Positions 49,501-60,700 of a DNA stretch of 64,000 bases are shown here, piece after piece. Below the pieces are notes generated by a model. The model was given only the letters and a program-made list of their open reading frames with translations. It had not been told where the DNA came from and made no database searches. The position numbers were made by a program, and so were the translations under genes. This DNA comes from Lingula anatina. Its lineage: Eukaryota > Animalia > Brachiopoda. The stretch is from contig CM120640.1 of NCBI GenBank assembly GCA_051362555.1, forward strand, positions 68,488,788 through 68,552,787. Direction: 5' to 3'. How positions within the stretch are numbered: position 1 is the stretch's first letter; every line of letters begins with the position of its first letter.

Positions 49501-52500
49501 CTAACAGTTCAAGGAAGCACAGTTTCATAGGTACACCTGTCTCCATCAAAATAAAAAAAAATGAATAACAAAAAGAGACAAAAACTCCAGTAAATTTTCA
49601 ATCCTTGTACCATACATATTGTAGTGATGTTGTTGTGTATATTAGTGTATTCATCCAACAAAAAAGTTTATTGTTTTACCCACCCATCCCCCTCCCCCAC
49701 TCTTAGCATATTCCTGGATCCACCAGCAATAACAGACTCACTTTCTTGATTACAATATTTATGCTCGTTGTGAAACTTATGGCCCCACCACATGATGGCA
49801 GAATAACTTACCTTTCCAGGTAAACCAATGAACTGGGTATAAACCTCTCTACTTTTATCACCCCTGAAGAAGTGGTGATTAAACATGTTGTATCTGCAAA
49901 ACTGGTCTAGCTGATAAAACTGCTCCTGGAAATATACAGACACTTATGACATATGCTTTCATGGTGAGAGAACAACATATTTAAAATATCTCTAAAACTG
50001 ATAATAATACTAATAATGCTCAAAGTTGCCAGAAATAAACAAAGTGCCACTTACATATCTGTGGTCCATGTCAAGTAGTAAGGTTTCCATTTTCTGACTT
50101 CTTGAGCTGCTCTGGATGGCTTCATGGATTCTGGAGCAGGAAAGAAGAGAACTTAATAATAATTTTTGATAAATCTGGCAGCAAAAATTACATTTTTATT
50201 TTGTATTGTGATAGAATTTTTTTTACAAAAAAAAAAAAAAATTATGAAGTAAATACAAATTTTGGCATCTGATCAGAAAATAACTACTGAGTACATAACT
50301 AAAATTACTTTCTTGCTTTAAGCAACTTACCTTGGTGCCCCTATGCACAAAACCTTTTCAAAGCCAAGCTTCATTAAACAATTCACTGTAAACTGTACAG
50401 TATTTTCTGAGAAAAAATATTGCTGAAATGAAAGGATATAATAAGATATAGGGAGAAAGACAACAAATCTAAGTTACTCACTATCAACTACATAATGGAC
50501 ATTACTTTTTTCACATTGAATTTACGTCTCAATATTATGCTGAAAAAAAAATCAACTCAATGCTGAAGCAATTTTTAACCAAAGTGACCAAGTCAAACAT
50601 TTCTCAAGGCTTCAATACAGAGCACAACATATGTATTTTTGTATTAGTAATCACAAGAGCAATCACAAAATAACTCACAGCATTTGTCTTTTTGTTTTCC
50701 AGCGGTTGCAGTAGACTACAAGGCTTGCTCAACATGCTATTGGTTACAGGGAAGATCAGCTCATGGCCCTGATGTTGAGAAAGATCATCAGGTAGCAGCA
50801 ACTGGTTACAAATTTTGCAAAACTTTCTTTCAACCTCTTTCAATTTTCTGAACTTTTTCAACCTAATAAGAAATAGAGTAAAACATAATTACCAAAAATC
50901 AAAAATGCACTATACCATGTATCAAATAATTAACCCAATCATCCATGCAGAGGTCAAGTTTACCTTTCATCTCAAGTTGGCTTCAGGAATACACTAAGAA
51001 ATCACATATCTCCATATTTTCTCTTCTTTGTTATCAGAATTACTGCAGGATAAAATGCAGAGAAATATTGGTTTGATACCCCCAATATGCTGACCTAGGT
51101 GATTCAGAAGTTATTAACTTTTACATAAACAAGTTTAATTTACACCTAGAGAAGGGAAGATGAAGCATAGCATGATGGTAATAAGAACCATGCTTTTCTC
51201 CTTTTTATTTACTACAAGGGAAATGATTTAACAGATCATTCTCCAATAGATGCTTCAGTGCTCAAACAAATTTCAACAATATGTTGGTTGTTTTAACTCC
51301 ATTCAGGTTTTGTAAAAGTGTGCAATGACATGAACACGTGTCATTCATTTTAATATTTGCAGTATCAAGTGAGGAAATCAAATGTTATAGTCAAGTCTTG
51401 GAAAATGACCACCATGCAAAACAAAGTCAATGTCAAGAACAGAAGTAGGTCCTAGACTAGAAGAGCTTTACCTGTGGTATAGCAGTTTATGTGAGGACTG
51501 GGGCTGCTGGCTGGTGTTGTACTTAACCCTGGCATTTTGCCTGGCTGGTGTAATCTTCTCATCTGCCCATTGGAAGAAGTTGCAGTCTTTTCTGTCTCTA
51601 CATGCAGAACATGCATAGAACTGTTTGCCGTACTTTCCTTCTTTGTCGTATTTTTCAAATAACAATGTTGGGCCTGGAACAAATATCTTGTTATTATTTT
51701 TTTTAATCAGTTCACTAGGTATAAACCCATTCAGATTTCTTAAGAAGTTAATTAAGATGGTTTAATTTTAATGGAAAACAAGCAAAAAAATTTCAATGAA
51801 GACCCAAATATTTGGTGGATCTTGATTTCCTCCCATTGTTACTCATTCCTCCCCCCCCCCCCCACACACACACACACCTCTTCATCAGTTTTTGAATGCA
51901 ATAAAGTTATATAATAACCAAAAACTGCTTTATCCCATTTTTACTAGTGGTGCAAAAGAGGAGCACCAATAAAAATGTAAAAAATAATTCAAATCACGTG
52001 AAATTTCAACTTAGTAAGTTTAACTGCAAAGAAATTGTTCGGTTTTCAACGTGGTTCATTCATAAAAGTATAGACATTTACAGACATTAACAGAAAAAAT
52101 GCAATATAACATTCAACCATGTGCGCATTGTTAAGGGATGCTCCCTCTTATTGATACTTGTTATATAATAAACGCTCCCAGGGCACTTCCGGTTCAGTAT
52201 ATCCACGTGTTTGACTTATTTCATTAACATGGTGTCAGAATTTCGTGCTCACGTCTACATAAGCTGAAGACACGATTTCTAAAGTGGTCAAGAACTAAGT
52301 TAAAGGACCAGAGAAACAGAAGGTATGTGTGATACAAAGAAGAAATCTGTTGATCATACGATTTTATGGATGAAAAGTGGAACCGACTGAACAGAAATTC
52401 AGGCATCGGAAGTCGATAATAAAAAAAACTCTGGTGATTAGTGAAAGACATATATTCATGAGTTTTTTTTTAGAAGTTACAAACTGGACAGATTTAACAA

Positions 52501-55500
52501 GCAAATACTGCTGATTGTGACCTGAAAGTAGAACTGCAGAAACTGTGTATGTGTTACATAGATTAATCATGTCTACCAGTACTAGTACACCCCCAGTTAC
52601 CCCTGCAACAGCGAATTTGTTACCTCCGCCACAGCCTATGGACGTGAAGGGACATTGTGCAACTAACTGGCAATTTTTTAGAGACACATGGAAGAATTAT
52701 GAAATTGCAACAGAACTAAATCTTAAGTCGGAAGAGATAAGAGTAGCTACCTTACTTACGGTCATGGGCAAAGACTGTTTTCAAATATTTCAGAATTTAG
52801 CCCTGAGTGATGATGATCGCAAGGACTCTAAAATAATACTGGAAGCTTTGACAAATCATTTTGAGCCACAACGCAACATTGTTTATGAGAGATACGTGTT
52901 TAATACTTGTACACAAGAGCCCAGTGAAGGGATTGATGCCTATGTGAACAGGCTGCGGAAACTCAGTGCCACTTGCAAGTATGGAACGCTTTTAGATGAA
53001 ATGATCAGAGACCGTATTGTGATAGGGGTGAGAGACTCTGTTGTCCGGGCTAGATTGTTGCGTGAAAAGGACCTTACATTAGCAAAGTGTATTGACACGT
53101 GTCGTGCGAGTGAAATGACGACGCAGCAACTTAAAGCCATAGATGGTGAGGTCGAAACTGTGCATGCTGTGAAACCAAAAATGAAAAAAGCCGGGACAAA
53201 GATGAAGACGGCAGTATCTGAACACAAGACAGACAAGAAAGGAGAGCAAAAACAGAAGAGCCATTCGGATTGTAGCTACTGCGGGACGCAACATCCCAAG
53301 CGTCAATGCCCAGCATGGGGTCGCCGCTGTAAGAAGTGTGGACGTCTAAATCATTTCGCTAGCATGTGTAGGTCACAAGGGGCCAAAGTCCACCAAGTCG
53401 ATAATTCTGATCCTGAAGATAGCGACTCCGAATCGTCAGTATTCACAGTTAAAACCGGCAGGACCACATATCTTGTTGAACCATCAGTCCAATACAAGAG
53501 AAGCAGCTCTTGGATGCCACAAGTATTCCAATTAGACAATGGAGCAGGTGTAAACTGTTTGAGATATGAGGATTGCTGTCGCATAATGAGCACTAATGAG
53601 CCAGTCTTGAAGAAAAGCAGCAAGAGACTAACCTCATACAGTGGTAACCGTGTTGAGAATATGGGGCAGGTGACACTTAACATGAGAATAAACAACCGTG
53701 AAGAATACGTAAAGTTTCATGTAGTGAAAAATGTCACTTGTTCGTTACTCAATGGAGAGACGTCAGAGAGATTTGGTCTGATGAAGATAAAGAGAGATGT
53801 TCTCATCAACGTTGTTAGCACGGAACTGTCAGAGGATGATATCTTCGCCAAGTATAATGATGTGTTTAGTGGTTTAGGTGACCTAGGAGAATACCACATT
53901 GAGCTGGACCCTAAGGTTATACCAAAACAAGACTCACCAAGGTCCGTACCAGTAGCTTTGAGAAAAGAGCTAAAAGAAAAGCTGGCGAGCATGGTGAAAC
54001 AAGGCATCATTGAGAGGGTAAACCAGCCAACGGATTGGATAAGCTCGATGGTGGCGGTGAGGAAGCCAGGCAAGTTAAGAATATGCCTAGACCCAAAAGA
54101 ACTCAACAAAGCTGTAAAGATTCCAAAATTCAAACTTCCAACCTTGGAGGAAGTAAGTGCAAACTTGACTAATGCAAAAGTATTTAGCGTTATAGATGCT
54201 AGAGATGGTTTCCTTCAGATGAGATTAGATGAGGAGTCCAGCCTTCTTACGACATTCAATACGCCATTTGGCAGGTATCGTTGGCGACGTTTACCATTCG
54301 GCATCTCATCAGCCCCGGAAGAGTTCCAGAGGCGAGTTATAGACCTACTGGACGGTCTTGACGGAGTCCAGACCATCGCAGACGACATCCTGGTGTATGG
54401 TAAAGGAGATACCCCTGAGGAAGCGATCAAGAATCATGACGAAAATATGATAGCACTATTAGAGAGATGTCGTGAGAGGAACTTCAAAATGAACAAGACT
54501 AAGCTTCGATTCAAATTGAACTCAGTTACTTATCACGGGCACGTGATCTCAGATGAAGGTTTGAAAGCAGATCCATTGAAGGTGCAGGCCATAGTAGAAA
54601 TGGAAAGGCCGGAGAACGCTAAAGCGGTGAAAAGACTACTTGGCATGGTGAATTACCTGGCCAAGTTCTGCCCTCATTTATCAACAGTGAGCGAACCACT
54701 GAGACGCTTGACGACTGAAGATGCACCCTTTATATGGTCAGATCAGCATGAGCAGACGTTCTGTACATTGAAAAAAATGTTGACAATGACCCCAGTTTTG
54801 AGATACTATAGCCTAACAGAGGAAGTTACAGTAGAAGCTGATAGCAGCGATTACGGGTTAGGTGCAGTCTTACTGCAAGCTGGACAACCTGTAGCTTTTG
54901 CATCAAGGGCATTGTCCAAAACAGAGCGCAACTATTCTCAGATGGAAAAAGAATGTTTGGCCATAACATTTGCATGTAACCGTTTCGATCAGTATCTCCA
55001 TGGCCGAGACTATATCACAGTACTCACGGATCACCAAAACCTAGAGACAATATTCAAGAAACCAATCTTGGCTGCCCCAAAGCGACTTCAACGCATGCGC
55101 CTCAGGCTACAGAAATACCATATTGAGGTGAAGTACCAGCGTGGTAAAAAGATGTATATCTCTGATGCATTATCTAGAGCAACTGCGTCCAAGTCAGTAA
55201 CTACCAAGGAGAACTCAGATTACGAGATTTACGCAGTAGAATCCGAGCAGAAGTTGGCCAAAGAAGTCGAGGAGATTGATTACTCGCAGTACAACAATGT
55301 GTCCGATGAGTCTCTGGAGCAAGTAAAGACTCATACACTTCGGGATGACGCTATGCAGTCACTGCTGATCCTAGTCATGGAAGGATGGCCTAGTGACAAA
55401 ACTCAAGTTCCCCTGTTATGCCGTGAATACTGGCCATATAGAGACGAGTTATCCTGTCAAGATGGCATCCTCTATCGAGGCACCAGAGTAGTAATTCCTA

Positions 55501-57353
55501 CTATCTTACGTAAACAGATGCTGGAGAGAGTCCATGCAACTCATCAAGGAACAGAGACAGCTATACGTAAAGCTAGAGATGCGATTTTCTGGCCTCAGAT
55601 CAGCAATGACATTCGCAATGTGGTAGCAACTTGCAACGTCTGTCAGGAAAATCAGCCTCGCCAACAGAAAGAGCCAATGCATTCTCAGCCTATACCCAAG
55701 GAGCGATTTGAAATCGTCAGCAGTGATTTATTTTCCATTCCAGGGGAACATTATTTGCTGCTTGTAGATCATTTCTCAAAGTACTGGGAGATCACTCAAC
55801 TCAGTGACACTACTTCAGAAGCAGTGATCAATGAATTGAAGCAGCAGTTTGCTCGACATGGCATTCCAAAGCTGTTTATCTCTGACAACGGGCCTCAATA
55901 TCAGTGTCAGCAATTCCGAGAGTTCACCGAGGCGTGGATGATTAACCATCATACATCATCTCCCCACCACCCCAGTGGTAACGGCACAGCTGAGGCAGCT
56001 GTTAAAGTGGCAAAGACCCTGATCAAGAGAACAAAACAAGACGGTACCGATTTGTGGTTAGCAGTTTTAGAGCACAGAAACACGCCAGCCGCAGACAACA
56101 CGGGGAGTGCAGCACAAAAGTTGATGAGTAGGCGCACTAGATCGCTCATTCCCGTACGCTGTGACAAGCTAGAGCCAAAAGTAGTACCAAAAGACCAGGT
56201 ATTTCAGAAACAAGTAAACCAGAAGAGAATAGCAAAGAAGTGTTATGACAAAGGAAGCAAGGAACTGCCTCCTCTGGTTATCGGACAGCCTGTGCGTACC
56301 AATCTAAGGCCGCAATCGTCAGTCTCATGGTCTGCTGGCAGAATAGTGGAGAAACTCGCCCCTCGATCCTATCTAGTGGAGCAAGACAACAAAATTTACC
56401 GCAGGAACCGTAGTCACCTCAGACCTAGTCGAGAGGTCACCACTCCAAACCAATCCCGGGGGACAGTAGCTGCAGAAACACCAGAGGTACCGATTAAACC
56501 CACTGACGTTACCAGCGAACCAATTATGATACCCAGTCCCATAAAGTCAACTCCCAGTACGCCGTGCAAAACTACACCTCCACCACAGAGCAGTGAAGAG
56601 GAGGTCCATACCACTCGGTTCGGTAGACTCTTGAAGAAGCCAAAATACTTAGGAGATTATGTTGTGTATTCTAAGTGATGGGTCAGAATAATACCCATGG
56701 CAGAAAAGGGTGAGAGGCAGTCTACCTCAATGACCCCATTGTAAAATAGTAGTTTGTTTTTTAGTTATAGTATAATGTTTTGAGTAGTGCTCCATATTAC
56801 AAAGTCAGGACAATATAAACCAGAAAGTGACTTAAGTTGATCTTAGAACATAATTAAACATATGATATGGACTTGTTCAGATTTAAAAAAAAAAAAAAAA
56901 AAAAACATTTACACTGTTTCAAGTTATTGAGTTTATTTTGAAATGTTGACTTGTTCGTGATTATTATAGTTGTTCTTTTTTCTTTTTTTTTTATGGGAAA
57001 AGGAGGATGTTAAGGGATGCTCCCTCTTATTGATACTTGTTATATAATAAACGCTCCCAGGGCACTTCCGGTTCAGTTATATCCACGTGTTTGACTTATT
57101 TCATTAACACGCATTTCAGCCATTTTGATTTTGTCATAAAATGTAGAAAATATGTCAAAATGAGGAGTTTCAACTTAAAAATGTTAAATGCAAACAAATC
57201 CTTAAGCTTTTCATTCAGAAAATTTCAGATACTTGCAGATGTAATGCTACACAGTCAACCATGTGTGCGGGTGCACTCACCGTGAGGGCAATGCGGCGCT
57301 GCTTTTTTCCTGTCGAACAGAACAACATCTACCCCAAACTTTCCTCGAGACAT
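46531..57353 (-). CDS. ZCCHC4: 28S rRNA N6-adenosine methyltransferase ZCCHC4
   Basis: Exon 1 (57353-57281) reads MSRGKFG..APHCPHG. Then GRF zinc finger [70 protein letters not shown], catalytic [33 protein letters not shown], a Cys-rich DHHC-like region and the zinc knuckle [14 protein letters not shown]. Stop at 46531-46533. Confidence 0.95.
46892..47437. mobile_element. PIF/Harbinger-type MITE, 546 bp, long TIRs, TTA TSD
   Basis: Arms of ~160 bp beginning gagcgcattctcaacgaattaagccaggctttac, nearly perfect over the first ~120 bp. tta at 46889-46891 and 47438-47440. Confidence 0.9.
52129..52229 (+). repeat. 5' LTR (101 bp)
   Basis: Identical to 57008-57109 apart from one T indel. Confidence 0.97.
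52230..52240 (+). promoter_or_regulatory. Primer-binding site TGGTGTCAGAA (tRNA-Leu type)
   Basis: Directly follows the 5' LTR and is complementary to a tRNA 3' end ..UUCUGACACCA. Confidence 0.8.
52569..56678 (+). CDS. Gag-Pol polyprotein (gag, PR, RT, RNase H, IN), 1369 aa from first ATG
   Basis: Two zinc knuckles [13 protein letters not shown] and [14 protein letters not shown]; protease LDNGA; [37 protein letters not shown]; RNase [22 protein letters not shown]; integrase HATH..CNVC, SSDLF, SDNGPQY, AEAAV. The order PR-RT-RH-IN is that of Gypsy. Confidence 0.97.
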   Translation: MSTSTSTPPVTPATANLLPPPQPMDVKGHCATNWQFFRDTWKNYEIATELNLKSEEIRVATLLTVMGKDCFQIFQNLALSDDDRKDSKIILEALTNHFEPQRNIVYERYVFNTCTQEPSEGIDAYVNRLRKLSATCKYGTLLDEMIRDRIVIGVRDSVVRARLLREKDLTLAKCIDTCRASEMTTQQLKAIDGEVETVHAVKPKMKKAGTKMKTAVSEHKTDKKGEQKQKSHSDCSYCGTQHPKRQCPAWGRRCKKCGRLNHFASMCRSQGAKVHQVDNSDPEDSDSESSVFTVKTGRTTYLVEPSVQYKRSSSWMPQVFQLDNGAGVNCLRYEDCCRIMSTNEPVLKKSSKRLTSYSGNRVENMGQVTLNMRINNREEYVKFHVVKNVTCSLLNGETSERFGLMKIKRDVLINVVSTELSEDDIFAKYNDVFSGLGDLGEYHIELDPKVIPKQDSPRSVPVALRKELKEKLASMVKQGIIERVNQPTDWISSMVAVRKPGKLRICLDPKELNKAVKIPKFKLPTLEEVSANLTNAKVFSVIDARDGFLQMRLDEESSLLTTFNTPFGRYRWRRLPFGISSAPEEFQRRVIDLLDGLDGVQTIADDILVYGKGDTPEEAIKNHDENMIALLERCRERNFKMNKTKLRFKLNSVTYHGHVISDEGLKADPLKVQAIVEMERPENAKAVKRLLGMVNYLAKFCPHLSTVSEPLRRLTTEDAPFIWSDQHEQTFCTLKKMLTMTPVLRYYSLTEEVTVEADSSDYGLGAVLLQAGQPVAFASRALSKTERNYSQMEKECLAITFACNRFDQYLHGRDYITVLTDHQNLETIFKKPILAAPKRLQRMRLRLQKYHIEVKYQRGKKMYISDALSRATASKSVTTKENSDYEIYAVESEQKLAKEVEEIDYSQYNNVSDESLEQVKTHTLRDDAMQSLLILVMEGWPSDKTQVPLLCREYWPYRDELSCQDGILYRGTRVVIPTILRKQMLERVHATHQGTETAIRKARDAIFWPQISNDIRNVVATCNVCQENQPRQQKEPMHSQPIPKERFEIVSSDLFSIPGEHYLLLVDHFSKYWEITQLSDTTSEAVINELKQQFARHGIPKLFISDNGPQYQCQQFREFTEAWMINHHTSSPHHPSGNGTAEAAVKVAKTLIKRTKQDGTDLWLAVLEHRNTPAADNTGSAAQKLMSRRTRSLIPVRCDKLEPKVVPKDQVFQKQVNQKRIAKKCYDKGSKELPPLVIGQPVRTNLRPQSSVSWSAGRIVEKLAPRSYLVEQDNKIYRRNRSHLRPSREVTTPNQSRGTVAAETPEVPIKPTDVTSEPIMIPSPIKSTPSTPCKTTPPPQSSEEEVHTTRFGRLLKKPKYLGDYVVYSK
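56995..57007 (+). promoter_or_regulatory. Polypurine tract
   Basis: gggaaaaggagga directly before the 3' LTR. Confidence 0.9.
57008..57109 (+). repeat. 3' LTR (102 bp)
   Basis: Direct repeat of 52129-52229. Confidence 0.97.
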
Positions 57354-57700
57354 TTTTTCTTTGGAAGAAGGTTAGATGATTTCTACCAAACAAAGAAAAG
57401 ACAGGTCCAGTCGAATGCAAATAAAATAAACACGAATAGTTTAGCAGACTGCTCTCTCTCTTCTGCTCACGTTTGATGAAGTACCCATTCGTTGTTGAAG
57501 TTATTCACAAATAGGCAAACTCAATATTTTGTTAATGAAATGCCAAAAAGTAAGATTAACTTGAAGACACATCTTATACTTAGATTAATCATAGATTCAT
57601 GTTTGTCAGTTTATTACTGTAAATTTTATAATTAGATGCTTGTCGTAAAATGTGCCCAAGTACCTACTTACATGATACAGGAAGTCACGAGAGGCGGACG
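57354..57700. promoter_or_regulatory. Bidirectional promoter interval for ZCCHC4 and AP5B1
   Basis: The divergent ATGs are separated by only 347 bp. An ETS-like caggaagt lies near 57678. Confidence 0.65.
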
Positions 57701-60700
57701 ATGGATTTTGCTTTGCTGCAGAGTGAAAACTGGTTTCGGGAGATAGTGAATTTTCGAAGCAATCCTGCAGCATACTTTAGCAATAGAAAGCTTGTAGATG
57801 AGTCTTTTTTACACGACGTATTGCAGGTTAATGCGCACAAATTTGTACTGTGTGGGTTTTAATGGGGCTCGTTTTAGAAACTTTAAAAGCTTTTCGTATT
57901 TCAGCGAAGTCTTGGGTCTGGGTTAATCTATACAGTGTCTAAAGGCTTCACTGGTCCACTAAATAAAAATATTTATGCCTTTTCTCAACTCTGAAAGACC
58001 TTACTTTGCGAGACAAGATACAAAATCATGCAAGCACCGTTGCAAAATAGAAATGCAGGATGCTACACGTTCACATGTAGTTGTACAGTTATGTACTAGT
58101 ACTTGTAAAATATTTCAGGCTTTATGTACAGACACAATTCAAGATGCAGCCAAAATACATTTGCTTGGTCTTTTACAAGAATATGGGTCATATCTTTTCC
58201 AAACTGCCAGCAGGTAACCAGTAGAAACAACAATTAAGATTTTTTTTAAATTTGATAGTGTGATAATTAGAAATGTAAAACAGTACTAGTATTTATTTTT
58301 TACAAATCTAGCATTCAATGAATAGACTTACAAAATTGTTTGATTGTCTTATTTAAAAAAATTACAAAAAATGGTGTTTACTATTATATATTAAGTTTCA
58401 TTCTCTTAATCGTTTAAACATAAAATGAAATAATAGTATTCAGTTTGTTAAGTCTCAATCTTCGTCGGTTAGACTTAACGTGAAAATAATGTCACGTTAG
58501 ATAACGCGCCGGTTCTTGGGCCTTAGTGTTGTGCGCCCAGCTGATCCAGTAAAACGAACAAGATTCTCATTTGATGCAAGTGGAAATTTAATACTGTCTT
58601 TTGGAAAATATACAGAGGTTTCTTCTACATAGTAACTGTCAGTCCAAAATGTATAATGATATCGCCAGAGCCAAAATACGATATGATTTCACCTTAAAAC
58701 AGGGCAGTCTTTATAGATCATTCAGGAATTTTAATAACCAGGAAGAAATAACACTTGACTGAGCGCAGTCCTTTTGTCTCAGGCTTTGCCCCAACTCAGT
58801 CACCGTGTTTCCTGGATCACCATTATCCGCCCTAGCCTTCAAAGGCATTTCTAAATTTTATCTCGTGCCATGTGCCCCGGTCACGATCATTCCCGAATGT
58901 CTATTGACTGCCCCCTTCTAAGCTTATCTTAGGATATGAATATTATTTTAATTAATTATTTATATCAATCATAAAATACCCAAAGTGGTATTTTACAAGT
59001 TGAGTTAATGTCAGTGCACATTTAATATTATATTTTAGTATTGAGCAGACAGTTGCATCACTACAAGACATGTTCTCACAGTCTACAGCCAGTTCAACAC
59101 CATTCTACAGGGGGCATATTCTTACAACCATCACAACAGTACTGGTCAGCTTTGACCAACTGGTAAGTGACACATGTATAAAATATAGATTTGCTACAAA
59201 GAGTGTTTAATATCATGTGGGAGTATTAATATAGTGTTTAATTCACATATTAGCAAATTTTTCAACAAAGCTGTGTGCTGTCTACATATAGTTACCCTTC
59301 TTGGTGATATTATTGTTAAATCTGCTGGTGATATAAATCAATCCAAAGAACTGCCTCAAATGAAGTTGATGTAAAATATCAGTAACCAGTACCAAATTTA
59401 TTCATTCTCTACGTACGGTTTCAGAATGAGCAGCCTCAACTCTTCAAGAACTTCATAGACTTGCTGCTGGATGTAGTATCAAAAGTTAATGTCGGGGACA
59501 ACAGGTTACTGAGAGGAACAGCATGTCAATGTCTGCAGGAGGTGGAAGTCATGTATCCAGTAAGCTACACACAGTTACACTGTATAATACATTAATGTTT
59601 GTATGATGATTGGAAATAATGGTCAGTGATTGAAAGTATTGTTCTTATACGCCTCTTGGTCTGTCTGCAAACCCCTGTTTTTTATTTTTTCATGTAATAT
59701 ATATATCATTCAAATGCAAACTTGGAAGTTGATTTTCTGTTGTTAACAATAAATGCTGTTGTTCTTTTTCCTGTAGGGAATTCTACTGAGAAAGCTAGAA
59801 CACTTCTACCAGATGAGCCAACTAGAAAACACCAACTTTTGCCAAAACTACATCTCACTTTTTGTCACAATTCTGAAAAATACGTTGATAGCACTAACAT
59901 ATTCAACGGAAAGGTAAGACGTATTCATTTAATTTATATTTTTATTACATCAATTGGAAGTTAGCATATTACACAGCATCATATCTTTTTGTATAAGATT
60001 GAAGTTTTGAGCAGTACAGCTAATACTACATGGTAATCATAAATATATTTCTAATTTTGGTTAGAATATCCACGTTGAATTTTGGTTCTTTCAGTGTAGC
60101 TCCTCAAAGACTGACAGCTCTCTTGTGCAACAGGACAGAACCCCTAAAGGTACACATAATATTGTGCACATTGTTCATGTTGGAGACAGATAAGTTTTTA
60201 ATACATGTTCATTTTCAAGTCTTATCAAAATCATTAACTTAATATGCATAATACAGCATTCTTTTCATAGAAAATGCCCAGTTTGGACAGACTGTCTGTC
60301 ATTCATTGTAGGCCCATGCTATCTAAAACAGAATTAGTCAATGAGTAAAAGACAGTTTGATACTATTCACTTTTCAGCATAAAAAAACATTTCTTTCCCT
60401 TTTCAATTTAAACATGTTCTGTGCCCATTTTCTTTTCAGCCATTAAACTTACCTCCTGACACAACAAAAGTGAATTACAAAGCTCAGGTATGTGTGTATA
60501 GTAAAAAAGGAAAATCATAGTCTTAAGCACCGACAAATTATCTATTTTACAAGTCATTTGTTAAATGCTGAGGTAGAGACTGGGGATTGGACAGCAGCAG
60601 GCTCAATTTTTCCATGTCAAACTCTGAAATTCACTACACTTGCTAATCACAAGCAGCCAAGATCCATGACAGAAAAAACTATCACCAAGGTTGGTGAATG

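Larger units (their letters stand above)
52129..57109 (+). mobile_element. Full-length Ty3/Gypsy (Mag-like) LTR retrotransposon in ZCCHC4 intron 1
   Basis: Two LTRs (TGTTAA..TTAACA), 5-bp TSD cgcat (52124-52128 and 57110-57114), PBS, PPT and a single intact gag-pol ORF. Confidence 0.97.

Noticed and set aside
52364-56614. Several minus-strand ORFs overlapping the Gypsy element
   Set aside because: They are short antisense shadows of the gag-pol frame with no recognisable motifs. No env-like ORF follows pol.
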